61,237 bases of DNA from a virus. Taxonomy: Duplodnaviria > Caudoviricetes. The notes below the pieces were generated by a model that was not told the DNA's origin, made no database searches, and saw only the letters and a list, made by a program, of their open reading frames with translations. The stretch is taken from positions 1-61,237 of IMG/VR virus record IMGVR_UViG_3300042939_000506. One strand, 5' to 3'. Position 1 is the stretch's first letter. The number at the start of each line of letters is the position of its first letter. The translations under genes were made by a program, and so were the position numbers. Of this stretch, positions 48,249-57,350 are shown one piece after another.

Positions 48249-48713
48249 GTGACCGACACCCTGCACACCACCCGCAATCTGCAGATACAGTTCTGGGTTC
48301 CCGGCACACCGAAACCGCAGGGCTCCAAACGGGCTTTCCAGCACCCGCACACCAAACGCATCGTGATGACCGAAGCGTCCGGGGATGCCCTGCGGCTGTG
48401 GCGGCAGGACGTGAAGATGTTCGCCCATCACGCCATGGACAGCAGAACGCCGTGGGGACCTCCCACCGGCATCTACCTGTCCATCGGGTTTGTGCTGCAC
48501 CGCCCGGTGGCCACACCCAAAACGAAACCGACACCGTTGGCGGTGAAAGTTCCCGACCTGGACAAGCTGACCCGCGGAGTCTGTGACGCCCTGACCGGAA
48601 CCGTCTACAGCGACGATTCCCAGATCGTGTCGTTCAACGTCTGGAAACGCATCGCCGAACGCGACGAGCCCACCGGGGCGCACATCACCGTGGAAACCCT
48701 CGACCTCGCCTAG
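48249..48713 (+). CDS. rusA: RusA-like Holliday junction resolvase
   Basis: VPGTPKPQGSKR; PDLDKLTRGVCDALTG.VYSDDSQIV. Confidence 0.9.
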   Translation: MTDTLHTTRNLQIQFWVPGTPKPQGSKRAFQHPHTKRIVMTEASGDALRLWRQDVKMFAHHAMDSRTPWGPPTGIYLSIGFVLHRPVATPKTKPTPLAVKVPDLDKLTRGVCDALTGTVYSDDSQIVSFNVWKRIAERDEPTGAHITVETLDLA

Positions 48714-48722
48714 AATCAGGCG

Positions 48723-48842
48723 ATGGCTGCTGACGAGTTCCCGGTGGATTCCGAGGTGTTCACCCTGCCCGACGGAACGGTGATTATCGGGCGCGACGAG
48801 TATGAGGCAGAGATGGTGCGTCAGGTGTTCAGAACACCGTGA
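48723..48842 (+). CDS. Possible 39-aa protein
   Basis: MAADEFPVDSEVFTLPDGTVIIGRDEYEAEMVRQVFRTP fills the gap; weak RBS. Confidence 0.35.
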   Translation: MAADEFPVDSEVFTLPDGTVIIGRDEYEAEMVRQVFRTP

Positions 48843-49197
48843 CGTGAATGTGGTCGTAGTGATACGCCACCTGCCACAACGTGTAGCTGACCCCGAACCG
48901 GTCAGACTGGCTGAGAATGTCAGCGTGGATCGCGTTACCCAGACCGGTGTTGTTGCCCACCATGATGTCGATGGCCCGGCCTGACGGGTGATCGGGCAGC
49001 GGATCGGAGCGCACACCGCCGATGGACTGCACACCCGGATAGGTGTTGCGAATGTAGTCGGCCAACGCCCAAGCGTTGGGAACCAGACCGTAACCACCGA
49101 CCAGAGGGACAGCCCGCGCTGACCCTGTTGACAGCGGCAGCATGGCTCCCGCGATGATCGAGGACAGGCCCAAACGAATGAAGGTTTGTCGATTCAT
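48829..49197 (-). CDS. Secreted zinc DD-peptidase-fold protein (putative peptidoglycan peptidase)
   Basis: Signal peptide MNRQTFIRLGL..ARA; DHPSGRAIDIM and HYDHIH. Confidence 0.75.
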   Translation of the reverse strand: MNRQTFIRLGLSSIIAGAMLPLSTGSARAVPLVGGYGLVPNAWALADYIRNTYPGVQSIGGVRSDPLPDHPSGRAIDIMVGNNTGLGNAIHADILSQSDRFGVSYTLWQVAYHYDHIHVTVF

Positions 49198-49229
49198 CCG
49201 GGCGACGCTAGGAAACCGGGATGAATCCG

Positions 49230-50930
49230 TTACCGGCTGGTGACCGGCAAACCCCCACGTCCGTCGGTAACTTTCCTGGTCAACCATCCCGGCGTGTCGC
49301 GGCCTCCACGATGCAGAGGAGAGGCGTAATTTGCCATCCCCGCCCCCAGCTTGTCCAGGCGGTCATGAGCGATCACCGCCGCGCTCACCCTGTCCGGGCA
49401 GTGCTGCCCAGCCTGCCAGTCGGCAGCCTGGTCGATGAACACGCTCATGATGTGCGGCACCACGCGGGCACGTTTGGTTTCCAATGCCTGCCGCAGACCG
49501 GCAGCCCTCCCCACCGGATCACCGCCGGCAGTCCACTTCACCGTCATGAACGGCGGTGTCGGGGACAGCGCACGCTGCTCGACCTCCGACAGGGACTTGC
49601 CTGTCGCCAGCTTCTCCCGCGCCTTCTTGTGCATCGCCCCGTAGGCGTGCTTGACCACCGCCGCATAGGTGGTGAACGTGGCGAAACCTTCCAGAGCGAT
49701 CTCCCTGGCTCCCAACCGCAAAGCCAGATCGACAGCCTTCTGCGCCCACTGCTCGGAGGTGTAAAGCCCAGACACGTCGTCGGTGAACACGATGGAACCG
49801 TCCCCACCCAGGACCGCACCCAGGATGCCGGTCTCATCCCCCTCACCGGAGTCGGCGGGATCAACCCCCACCACAGCGGCGACCGGGTAGTCGGGGAACG
49901 GAACCGGAGGATCGAACCAGGCACGCTCAAAGAGCCCACCGGCAGGGTTGGTCGGCATCCCCTGGTACAGCGCGTACCAGACACGCTCACCGACCTGGCG
50001 GCGGGTCTGCTCAAACTCCTGCTTGCTGCGTCGGCGAGCCGACACCATCACCGTGCCCGGTTTCCGGTTCAGCGCGTCCGGCACACCCTTCTCCGAGATC
50101 GCCGGAATGTTCAGGTAACGCCAGGTGCGCTGCTCCTTGGGCAGTTCGGCCTCAGCCGCCATCACCTTTCCGGCCAGATCCTCCGGGTGCCAGCGAGTCT
50201 GAATGAGGATCATCGACGCTTCCGGCGACAGGCGGGTCATGGCCACCGACGCCATCCACATGTCCACCTTCTCCCGGTGAGTCATGGAGTCGGCTTCCTG
50301 CATGTTCTTGTACGGGTCGTCGATGATGAACAAGTCGGCGGGACGCCCGGTGATCGCCGACCCCAGGCCGACGGCCACCAGACCGCCTTTCGCGTTGTCG
50401 ATGCGCCAGGCGTCAATACGGCGGGACTTGGAGGACAGTTTCAACCCCAGCTTGTCCTCGACGCGAGCCCCGGTCATCGGGTCGATCACGTCGGTGCCGT
50501 GCGCCTCGATCACCGACCGGCAGTTGGTGGAGTGGGTGTGCGCCAGATCGTCGCCGTAGGAGGCCAGAATGATGCGTCGGTTCGGGTTCAACTGCCAGGC
50601 CCGGATCGGAGTCCACACCGCGCACAGAGTGGACTTGCCTTCCTGCGGTGGCATCGTGACGAGCAGGTTGTGGCGAGGCTTGCTCAGCGTCTGCTCGATG
50701 GCATCCGCGATGGTCTGCAGGGCCGGGGTGATGTGGAAGTCGGGATCAACAGCGGCGGCGATCTCGGCGGCGTTGCGGTACTGGGTGCGGATACGTTCGC
50801 GGGTCGCCGCGGATTCCAGGTACGCCAGAATCGCGGCTTTCTGCTCCGGGGGCCAGCCTTTCGTTTCCTCGTAGATCCGGGCGACTTGATCGCTGGAAAA
50901 GGTGCCGTCTAGCGGCGGTAATGAGGCCAT
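49230..50930 (-). CDS. terL: Terminase large subunit
   Basis: MPPQEGKS, FIIDDPYK, IQTRWHPEDL, ALYQG, VGVDPA, PDRVSA. Confidence 0.95.
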   Translation of the reverse strand: MASLPPLDGTFSSDQVARIYEETKGWPPEQKAAILAYLESAATRERIRTQYRNAAEIAAAVDPDFHITPALQTIADAIEQTLSKPRHNLLVTMPPQEGKSTLCAVWTPIRAWQLNPNRRIILASYGDDLAHTHSTNCRSVIEAHGTDVIDPMTGARVEDKLGLKLSSKSRRIDAWRIDNAKGGLVAVGLGSAITGRPADLFIIDDPYKNMQEADSMTHREKVDMWMASVAMTRLSPEASMILIQTRWHPEDLAGKVMAAEAELPKEQRTWRYLNIPAISEKGVPDALNRKPGTVMVSARRRSKQEFEQTRRQVGERVWYALYQGMPTNPAGGLFERAWFDPPVPFPDYPVAAVVGVDPADSGEGDETGILGAVLGGDGSIVFTDDVSGLYTSEQWAQKAVDLALRLGAREIALEGFATFTTYAAVVKHAYGAMHKKAREKLATGKSLSEVEQRALSPTPPFMTVKWTAGGDPVGRAAGLRQALETKRARVVPHIMSVFIDQAADWQAGQHCPDRVSAAVIAHDRLDKLGAGMANYASPLHRGGRDTPGWLTRKVTDGRGGLPVTSR

Positions 50931-51010
50931 AAGACACAGGCTAGGGATACACCGTGCCAAACCGGGAGTTGATAAAATACCTCCACAAGACTGCATTATG
51001 AAAGGGCACG

Positions 51011-51463
51011 ATGGGACTGTCGAACTACAACGGATTCTCAGGCAAACTCCGCGAAGCCAGCCTGCGCCGCGTCCACAAACTCTGGGCCAGCGGCGAAGTA
51101 CCCCGCCCTGTCAAATGCGATGCCTGCTACCAAACCGAAGGCACCATCCACGGCCACAGCGAGGACTACAGCAACGACCACATCCACCTGCCGCTGTGCA
51201 TCACTTGTCACCTGCTGCTGCACATGCGCTGGCAGATGCCGAACATGTGGGAGGACTACAAGCTCGCCGTCCGGTCAGGATTCCGTGGCCGGCCCCTGGA
51301 ACAGAAGAACGCCCTCTACGTCATCAAGAACATCTACCCCGACGAAATGTACCAAGACGCAAACTACATCAACGACGAACGCTCAGCCACCGTCCTCGAC
51401 ATGATCTGCCCGATCAAGTTCATCCACCCCAACTCCATCGGATTGGGAGGAAACGATGACTGA
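51011..51463 (+). CDS. HNH-like zinc-binding protein
   Basis: CDAC...HGHSEDYS...LCITCH; GAAAGG RBS. Confidence 0.75.
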   Translation: MGLSNYNGFSGKLREASLRRVHKLWASGEVPRPVKCDACYQTEGTIHGHSEDYSNDHIHLPLCITCHLLLHMRWQMPNMWEDYKLAVRSGFRGRPLEQKNALYVIKNIYPDEMYQDANYINDERSATVLDMICPIKFIHPNSIGLGGNDD

Positions 51464-51671
51464 CCTACGCACCCGTATCGCCGCCATCCTTTCTTCCAAA
51501 GAGGTTGTCCTCGACGGTGACTACATCAACCGGGAGTGCGCTTGGCTACTGGCCGACGCGGTGATCCAAGAACTAGGGCTGCAAACACACCTGGCGAAAC
51601 GCATCATCAACGGAAAGCCGGATCAACGTGTGCGCCGCCATGTGACGGATTGGGAGATTGTCAATGAGTGA
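51456..51671 (+). CDS. Small hypothetical protein (paralog of next gene)
   Basis: DLRTRIAA...LADAVIQELGL...HVTDW. Confidence 0.7.
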   Translation: MTDLRTRIAAILSSKEVVLDGDYINRECAWLLADAVIQELGLQTHLAKRIINGKPDQRVRRHVTDWEIVNE

Positions 51672-51846
51672 CCTCCGTGAGCGGATCGCCGCCGCTGTTG
51701 TGGAGAAGCTGTCCAAACGGCGGGATGGGCGCGTGGAGTTCTCGCCTTATGACGTGGCCGACGCGGTGATCGCGGAACTGGGTTTACGCCAAGAAACCGT
51801 TGGCCTCATCCACCGCTGGGTCACCGACTGGAAGGCCGACGAATGA
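51664..51846 (+). CDS. Small hypothetical protein (paralog of previous gene)
   Basis: DLRERIAA...VADAVIAELGL...WVTDW. Confidence 0.7.
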   Translation: MSDLRERIAAAVVEKLSKRRDGRVEFSPYDVADAVIAELGLRQETVGLIHRWVTDWKADE

Positions 51847-52490
51847 CCGCGCAACTGGAACTGTTCACTCCCGCCCAACTCACACCCGCAGGCCCGGCCT
51901 ACGAACGCGAACGGTACTGGGGTATCGCCATTTGCCACCCCGGCGGCTGGGGACGAGACACCGACGAACCCACCGACACCTGCCGCCCCACCCTCCTGTC
52001 ACTGGACATGCGCTGCAACTGCTGGAACCGCCGCGGCGAAGAACGCTGCCAGTGCGTCGGCTACTACCTGTTTCGGGGTTCCTGCCGGGGGTGCAGCTGG
52101 TACGGCCCCGCCCGCACCAGCGAAGACGCCGCCGTCTACGACACCCACGACCACTGCTACCCCGGCTGGCGAGAACTGCCCGTCATCATCGGCCCCATCC
52201 CCGAAACCGGCAGCGGCAAAAAAGGCACAAGCATCGACTCCTTCATCGCCCGGCTGGAATCCATCGGCTACCCGCCAGGATGGATACAGGCCGGTGGACC
52301 CATCCGCGAACGCCGACAACAAGGCGGCACCCGCGCCCACACCGTCCACACCGGATACGGCAACTACACCATCTGCGGAGAAGTGGTCGGCTGCTGCCTG
52401 AGCATCGGCATGAACAGCTGCGAAGGACTGGACCGCTGCCTCACCGGCAGATGCACGCCCTACGAGTTCCCCGATCAGGAAATCGAGTAG
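51843..52490 (+). CDS. Cys/His-rich hypothetical protein (DUF6349-like)
   Basis: CRGCSWYGPAR.SEDAAV.D.HDHCYPGWRELP; GPIRERR..GTRA. Confidence 0.7.
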   Translation: MTAQLELFTPAQLTPAGPAYERERYWGIAICHPGGWGRDTDEPTDTCRPTLLSLDMRCNCWNRRGEERCQCVGYYLFRGSCRGCSWYGPARTSEDAAVYDTHDHCYPGWRELPVIIGPIPETGSGKKGTSIDSFIARLESIGYPPGWIQAGGPIRERRQQGGTRAHTVHTGYGNYTICGEVVGCCLSIGMNSCEGLDRCLTGRCTPYEFPDQEIE

Positions 52491-52858
52491 ACCAGCCGCG
52501 AAGCACCATGCTGCGTCGGACCCCGGTCCTCAAACCCGGCCCGTAACGCCCAGCGTTTGTCCCACGACAGAATCTCCACTTCCTTGAACCGGGCACTGAC
52601 CGCGTACTGCAGGCACGCCTGAGACACCTCGTCCCCCAACCCCATTCCGCGGAAATCCGGCCTCACCCAGACAGCCCGAATCCGGGCCTTCGTCGAACTC
52701 ACCGGAGCCACCCCCGCAAAACCGGTGATCCGGCCCTTGGAGTTGACCGTCTTGAACCACACGCAATCCTTCACCTGGGTCACGTTCACCCGCTCCTTCG
52801 CCGCAAGAGCGGCGAAAGGAGCGATCTCCTTCCAGGTGGCCCTCTCCACCGCCATCAT
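52475..52858 (-). CDS. GNAT-family acetyltransferase
   Basis: RIRAVWVRPDFRGMGLG (motif A), RAGF. Confidence 0.88.
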   Translation of the reverse strand: MMAVERATWKEIAPFAALAAKERVNVTQVKDCVWFKTVNSKGRITGFAGVAPVSSTKARIRAVWVRPDFRGMGLGDEVSQACLQYAVSARFKEVEILSWDKRWALRAGFEDRGPTQHGASRLVYSIS

Positions 52859-53400
52859 TCCGCCTTCGGATACCAAGCTTGCGAATACGCCCACTTGTTG
52901 ATGCTGCGGGCACTGAACACGCCCTCCTGGGCGAGCAGATCCACTTCCTCCTTGGTGCCGCCGATCTCGGCGGCGATCACATCACGCGCCACACCGTGCT
53001 CTTCGATCAGCTCCCGCACAATTGCGCTCATCTCCACCGCGATATGCGACCCCTTGGCCCGGTTGATCCGAATCGTCATCAACATCGCCGTGGGCCGGTC
53101 CACATCTAGCACCGCCACCGGAACCCGGCCCTTCCAACGAGCCCGGATTCGATCACTGTCCTGACTCAACCGCCATCGGTGAAACCCGTCGATGATGAGC
53201 CGGTCGGGGTTGACCAGCAACGGCTGCAACCACCCGGTAGACAGCACGCTCCGCTCAAGCAACCGCAACTCTGCAGCGTGCACCCGGTTCGGATTCCAGG
53301 TGTTGGGGTCGAGGGTGTCTGCCGGCACCCATCGGATGTGGTCAACGGGATCTCCCTCCGCAGCATCCAAACGGGGCAACCCCGCCGCGTTCACCGTCAC
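52855..53400 (-). CDS. IbrB-like ParB/sulfiredoxin-fold protein
   Basis: DPVDHIRWV..LDPNTWNPN, GWLQP, IIDGFHRW, TIRINRAKGSH. Confidence 0.88.
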   Translation of the reverse strand: MTVNAAGLPRLDAAEGDPVDHIRWVPADTLDPNTWNPNRVHAAELRLLERSVLSTGWLQPLLVNPDRLIIDGFHRWRLSQDSDRIRARWKGRVPVAVLDVDRPTAMLMTIRINRAKGSHIAVEMSAIVRELIEEHGVARDVIAAEIGGTKEEVDLLAQEGVFSARSINKWAYSQAWYPKAE

Positions 53401-54491
53401 GACGCCTTCTCCTTACGGGCCTGCTGCTGAGCAACACTGAGCGCGGTGATTGCTCGCTTATAAGCACCCGCCATGAACTGACCCAACACGTAATCCGGCG
53501 GGTACGAGTCGGGGGTTTCCACCGCCTTGGACCGCACATGACCCAACTCTTTGAGAGCCTTGGCACGCTGCACCTCGTCGTCGATGGTGTCCTCCACCCA
53601 CGCCTGCACCCCGTCATAGGACTGCCCGTACCGGGCGAACATGCCCGCCCGGTCCAGTTCGTGGTAGTACCGCTCCTGCACCGCCATTTCGGGGAACAAC
53701 TGCAGCAACTGGTCGTAGAACACCGGGGCGTAAGCCCTGGTGTTACCCAGCCGTTTAGCCCGCTCCGCGTGCAGCGGGGTCGACACCCGCAACGGCTCCT
53801 TGCTCAGCAGCTGCGAGTCATAGATCGGGCAGTAGCGGATGTCCCGGTCATAGAAGTACCGGAACACATCGTTCTCCTGCCAGTCGAAAATCGGCTTGGC
53901 GGTCATCACCCGCTTCTCGGCGGTGGTGTTGATGTAGTTCTCCGTCAGCTTCGCGGTCATCGCCCGAAACCGCATCAGCGACTCCGCGGCCCGGACCCCC
54001 GTCACGATGGCGACCTTGCCCTTCTCGTCACGGGCAGCCAGAGTGTCCATCGTGTACTGATCCAGCACCAGACGCCGATCCAAACACAGCTTCTCGGAGG
54101 TCAACGCGAAATCGGGGATCGGGCGCAGATGAGGTCGATCCGGGTCCCACTGGATATAGCGGGTCGAGGTCCCCAGAATGTACTTCGTCGATTCCAGCGG
54201 CACGCAGTACCACCGCATGTCGATCCAGTCCTTGCGGCGGTACTCGTCAACGAAATCCACCACCGCGTCCGGTATCAACTCCTCATCGCGGAACACCACC
54301 TTCACCGGGCGGCGGTCCCCCCGCTCCAACGCCACCTCACGCGCCAGATGCAACGTCACCAGCGAGTCCTTACCCCCGGAGAACGCCACCAGCACCGAAT
54401 CGAACACGTCGTAGATGTGGTGCATCCGCTTGACCGCCTCGGTCAGCACATCAGAGTCGATGAACCCCTTCACATGCTTGATCCGTTTCAC
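53397..54491 (-). CDS. IbrA-like PAPS reductase-family (PP-loop) protein
   Basis: VAFSGGKDSL PP-loop, FRDEE, GVRAAESLMR, PIFDWQENDV. Confidence 0.9.
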   Translation of the reverse strand: MKRIKHVKGFIDSDVLTEAVKRMHHIYDVFDSVLVAFSGGKDSLVTLHLAREVALERGDRRPVKVVFRDEELIPDAVVDFVDEYRRKDWIDMRWYCVPLESTKYILGTSTRYIQWDPDRPHLRPIPDFALTSEKLCLDRRLVLDQYTMDTLAARDEKGKVAIVTGVRAAESLMRFRAMTAKLTENYINTTAEKRVMTAKPIFDWQENDVFRYFYDRDIRYCPIYDSQLLSKEPLRVSTPLHAERAKRLGNTRAYAPVFYDQLLQLFPEMAVQERYYHELDRAGMFARYGQSYDGVQAWVEDTIDDEVQRAKALKELGHVRSKAVETPDSYPPDYVLGQFMAGAYKRAITALSVAQQQARKEKAS

Positions 54492-54625
54492 GGCAAACGG
54501 CCCTCATCGACCAGGTGCTGCACGATCCGGCAGGACAGCGCATAGGACTCAGCCGGCGTTCCGTAGGCGTGTTCAAGGAAATACATGTCGACCACGACCT
54601 GCACCGCCCGGATCGTGTCGAGCAT
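54488..54625 (-). CDS. 45-aa hypothetical protein (not in ORF track)
   Basis: MLDTIRAVQVVVDMYFLEHAYGTPAESYALSCRIVQHLVDEGRLP; GTGA coupling to IbrA-like gene. Confidence 0.5.
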   Translation of the reverse strand: MLDTIRAVQVVVDMYFLEHAYGTPAESYALSCRIVQHLVDEGRLP

Positions 54626-54642
54626 GTCATCGACCCCGCCCA

Positions 54643-55302
54643 TCACATCACCGACGCGATGTAGTCACACAGACGTTGCGGCATTGTGGAGTCGGGGTCC
54701 TTGCGCTTCAACCAGCCGATGAAGTCGGTCCACACCTTCTTCTGCTTCTCATCGTCGAACACGATGGAGTAGCTGATGATTGACTGGCCGCGGTTGTTGA
54801 TCGGTTCCTCGTCATCATCGTCACCGGACAAATCGTCAATGTCCACGGTCACCGGCTCAGGCACCGACAGCAGCGCATCCAGATCCTCGGCGGTGTAGCC
54901 CAAACCGGTCAGATCGTCGGACACGTCAGAAAGCAGCGAAGCCAACTCCTTGTTGTCGTAACGGCCCTTCTCAGCGGTGCGGTTATCAGCCAGGACGATG
55001 CGTGCCGCCTGGTCCTCATCCACATCGACCCAATGCACCAGGATCGCGTTCCACCGCTCATCCTCAGGGTGGCGTTGCGCCAGCTGACGGAACGCTTTCA
55101 ACGTGTGGTTACCCGCCAGAACCTCAAACCGCCGCCCGGTGTGCGTCCCGATATTGGCCACAATCGGGCGGTACTGGCCGTGAGCCTTGAGGCTCGCGGC
55201 CACCGCCCCCACATTCCCCCGGCGCGGGTTACGACCGTAAATCCGCAGCGCCGACGGTGCCACAGACGAGGTTGTTTCCGGTGTCACATCGGTGTCAGCC
55301 AT
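54643..55302 (-). CDS. ParB-like protein
   Basis: RNPRRGNV..SLKAHGQYRPI, EVLAGNHT, RIVLADNR. Confidence 0.9.
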   Translation of the reverse strand: MADTDVTPETTSSVAPSALRIYGRNPRRGNVGAVAASLKAHGQYRPIVANIGTHTGRRFEVLAGNHTLKAFRQLAQRHPEDERWNAILVHWVDVDEDQAARIVLADNRTAEKGRYDNKELASLLSDVSDDLTGLGYTAEDLDALLSVPEPVTVDIDDLSGDDDDEEPINNRGQSIISYSIVFDDEKQKKVWTDFIGWLKRKDPDSTMPQRLCDYIASVM

Positions 55303-55979
55303 CAGACCCGGCTCCCCTCGGTCTCATTCAGGTGGGAAACCACCCGTTCGGCCAACGTCAAATCCGGGTCCGGGTACTGGTCCTTCAACCACTTCACAAA
55401 CGCGAACCACATCTCCTGCTGCGGCTCGTCGTCGAAGGTGATCGTGAAGCTGATCGCTGACTCCGACGCCGGCCCCAACACCGGAGGTTCCAACTCCGGG
55501 TCCTCCTCAGGAGGCTCGACATCCGGGGCGGCGGGACGGTCCAACGTCGCTTCCAGAGCATCCAGGTCAGCGTCGGAATACCCGGTGCCGGTGGTGCCGA
55601 CCTCACCCAGCAGCGCGACCAGAGTGTCGGTGTCGAACTCACCGGCATCGAAGCTGCGGTTGTCCACCAGCACGATGCGGGTGGCCATGTCGTCATCCAC
55701 ATCGACCCAATGCACCGCCACATGAGCCCACCGCTGATCGAACGGGTTCTGCTCAGCCAGGTCGCGGAACGCCTTCAGCGTGTGGTTTCCGGCCAGCACT
55801 TCATTCGGTCTGCCGGTGTGCGTCCCGATGTTGACTACCAGCGGCTTGAACTGGCCGTTGGCTTTCAGGGAACCGGCTATCGCATCGACATCCCCGATGC
55901 GGGCGTTGCGGTGAAACACCGACAGTTCTGATGGTTTGACGAGCGTCGTGGTGCCGACAAGCGGCGAGGTTGAGGCCAT
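55302..55979 (-). CDS. ParB-like protein (paralog)
   Basis: RNARIGDV..SLKANGQFKPL, EVLAGNHT, RIVLVDNR; start reset to ATG 55979. Confidence 0.9.
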   Translation of the reverse strand: MASTSPLVGTTTLVKPSELSVFHRNARIGDVDAIAGSLKANGQFKPLVVNIGTHTGRPNEVLAGNHTLKAFRDLAEQNPFDQRWAHVAVHWVDVDDDMATRIVLVDNRSFDAGEFDTDTLVALLGEVGTTGTGYSDADLDALEATLDRPAAPDVEPPEEDPELEPPVLGPASESAISFTITFDDEPQQEMWFAFVKWLKDQYPDPDLTLAERVVSHLNETEGSRV

Positions 55980-56044
55980 AACGCAGACGGTAGGAGGGGA
56001 CCGTGCAGGGCCATCAGGGACAAAGACACACCACAACGAAACCC

Positions 56045-56101
56045 TAGACAATACCTGCGGGAGTCTGTATTATCAACAGACCAGGCAGGGAAACACCCGC
56101 C
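56045..56101 (+). promoter_or_regulatory. Promoter TAGACA-17-TATTAT plus AGGCAGGG...CCCGCC leader
   Basis: Hexamers at 56045 and 56068; leader at 56083; GAAAGGA RBS follows. Confidence 0.8.
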
Positions 56102-56119
56102 AGAAAGGAAAACCTTCGC

Positions 56120-56629
56120 ATGTCCTCTCCACCCACACTGCTCAACGAGACACTGAGCGAGGCGCGTAAAACCTTCCTCCACGAACTGTTCACCACCGCC
56201 CTGGAAGGCGGAATCGGGTACTGGTCACAGTGCAGCGAATACCACTGGGCACTTCCCGACATCGCCACTGGCCCCGCCGAGGACATCGACGGCTTCTACG
56301 CCATCATCCATCCCGTCGAAGGCGGCTGGGGTGTGTTCGGAGATCCTGACGGCACCGTCGGAGACTGCGACGAGGACAAGCAGCCCCTACGCATTGACCT
56401 CCCCGTCATCCACCGCGGAGCCCGGCTGATGAGCCTCTACGTCCAGGGACTCGTTGACGGCAAAGGCCAGCCCGTTCCCCTCGACCAGATCAAACCCTGG
56501 CGCGAGGACCACTACCACTGGCAGTACGTCACCGCCTACAACACCAACGGCAAAGACGGCGACTACGACGCCGACACCGCCGACATGATCGTGCAGTGGG
56601 GCCTGTTCGGAGAGGTGGTCTACGGATGA
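56120..56629 (+). CDS. Hypothetical protein
   Basis: TALEGGIGYW and DADTADMIVQWGLFGEVVYG; strong RBS. Confidence 0.8.
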   Translation: MSSPPTLLNETLSEARKTFLHELFTTALEGGIGYWSQCSEYHWALPDIATGPAEDIDGFYAIIHPVEGGWGVFGDPDGTVGDCDEDKQPLRIDLPVIHRGARLMSLYVQGLVDGKGQPVPLDQIKPWREDHYHWQYVTAYNTNGKDGDYDADTADMIVQWGLFGEVVYG

Positions 56630-56982
56630 CCAACAGCGGATACACCACCCTCGGCGAGATCAAACGCGCCAACGCCGCCGCCGGATACTTCTGGTGGAGC
56701 ACCACCACCGTCAAGACCTACCGACCCAAACTGGAATCGGCCATCTACGTCGAACAGCCCCGCGAGGACTACCCCAAAGGCTCCCGGTCCTGGGTCGAAT
56801 CCACCCGCGACTACACCGGAGATAGCCGCGAATACAAACTCGTCAGATTCAACTGCGAAAACGGCGACGTGTCCTACATCCGCGACGGCGACAGAAACAT
56901 CTGCCGATTCCCCACCCGACGCGCAGCCCTCGACGAACTGCGCGACATCGTTTTGGAGGTACAACAATGTTCGACCATGTGA
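56626..56982 (+). CDS. Hypothetical protein
   Basis: TTLGEIKRANAAAGYFWW; ATGA coupling. Confidence 0.75.
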   Translation: MTNSGYTTLGEIKRANAAAGYFWWSTTTVKTYRPKLESAIYVEQPREDYPKGSRSWVESTRDYTGDSREYKLVRFNCENGDVSYIRDGDRNICRFPTRRAALDELRDIVLEVQQCSTM

Positions 56983-57350
56983 GAGTCGCCAGCGTCGGTG
57001 AGGGCGACAACAACGCCTGGCAAAAGTACTACGTCAGCATCTTCAACGACGGCACCATTCGGATGCACTGCGAAACCCGCACCCGCACCATGATGTTCTC
57101 CGACACCTTCGTCGACCCGGACATCTGCCGCAAAGTCGGGGAGGCACTCATCCTCGCCTCTGTGCTGCACCCGAAAATCACACAACGCTTCACCGAAGCG
57201 GCCAGTGCGATGAGCAGAGTCTCTCAGCAAGCAGAGGACGACATCATCGACCTGCTGGTCGCCACCCGCGCCCTGTTCGACGAAGCTGAGAACGCCCCCT
57301 GCGATGAACTCGTCGAGGAATGGCACGGAAAGGCCGAAAGCAATGGGTAA
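56967..57350 (+). CDS. Hypothetical protein
   Basis: GGAGG RBS. Confidence 0.75.
   Translation: MFDHVRVASVGEGDNNAWQKYYVSIFNDGTIRMHCETRTRTMMFSDTFVDPDICRKVGEALILASVLHPKITQRFTEAASAMSRVSQQAEDDIIDLLVATRALFDEAENAPCDELVEEWHGKAESNG

Noticed and set aside
49221-50912. Long antisense ORFs (also 25722..27380, 5866..7350, 40935..42155, 11416..12744)
   Set aside because: Shadow frames of real genes in high-GC DNA; no motifs or RBS.
53397-54491. Sulfate-assimilation CysH auxiliary metabolic gene
   Set aside because: Length, motifs and the IbrB/ParB/GNAT context fit the IbrA group; no CysH-type C-terminal ECG motif.
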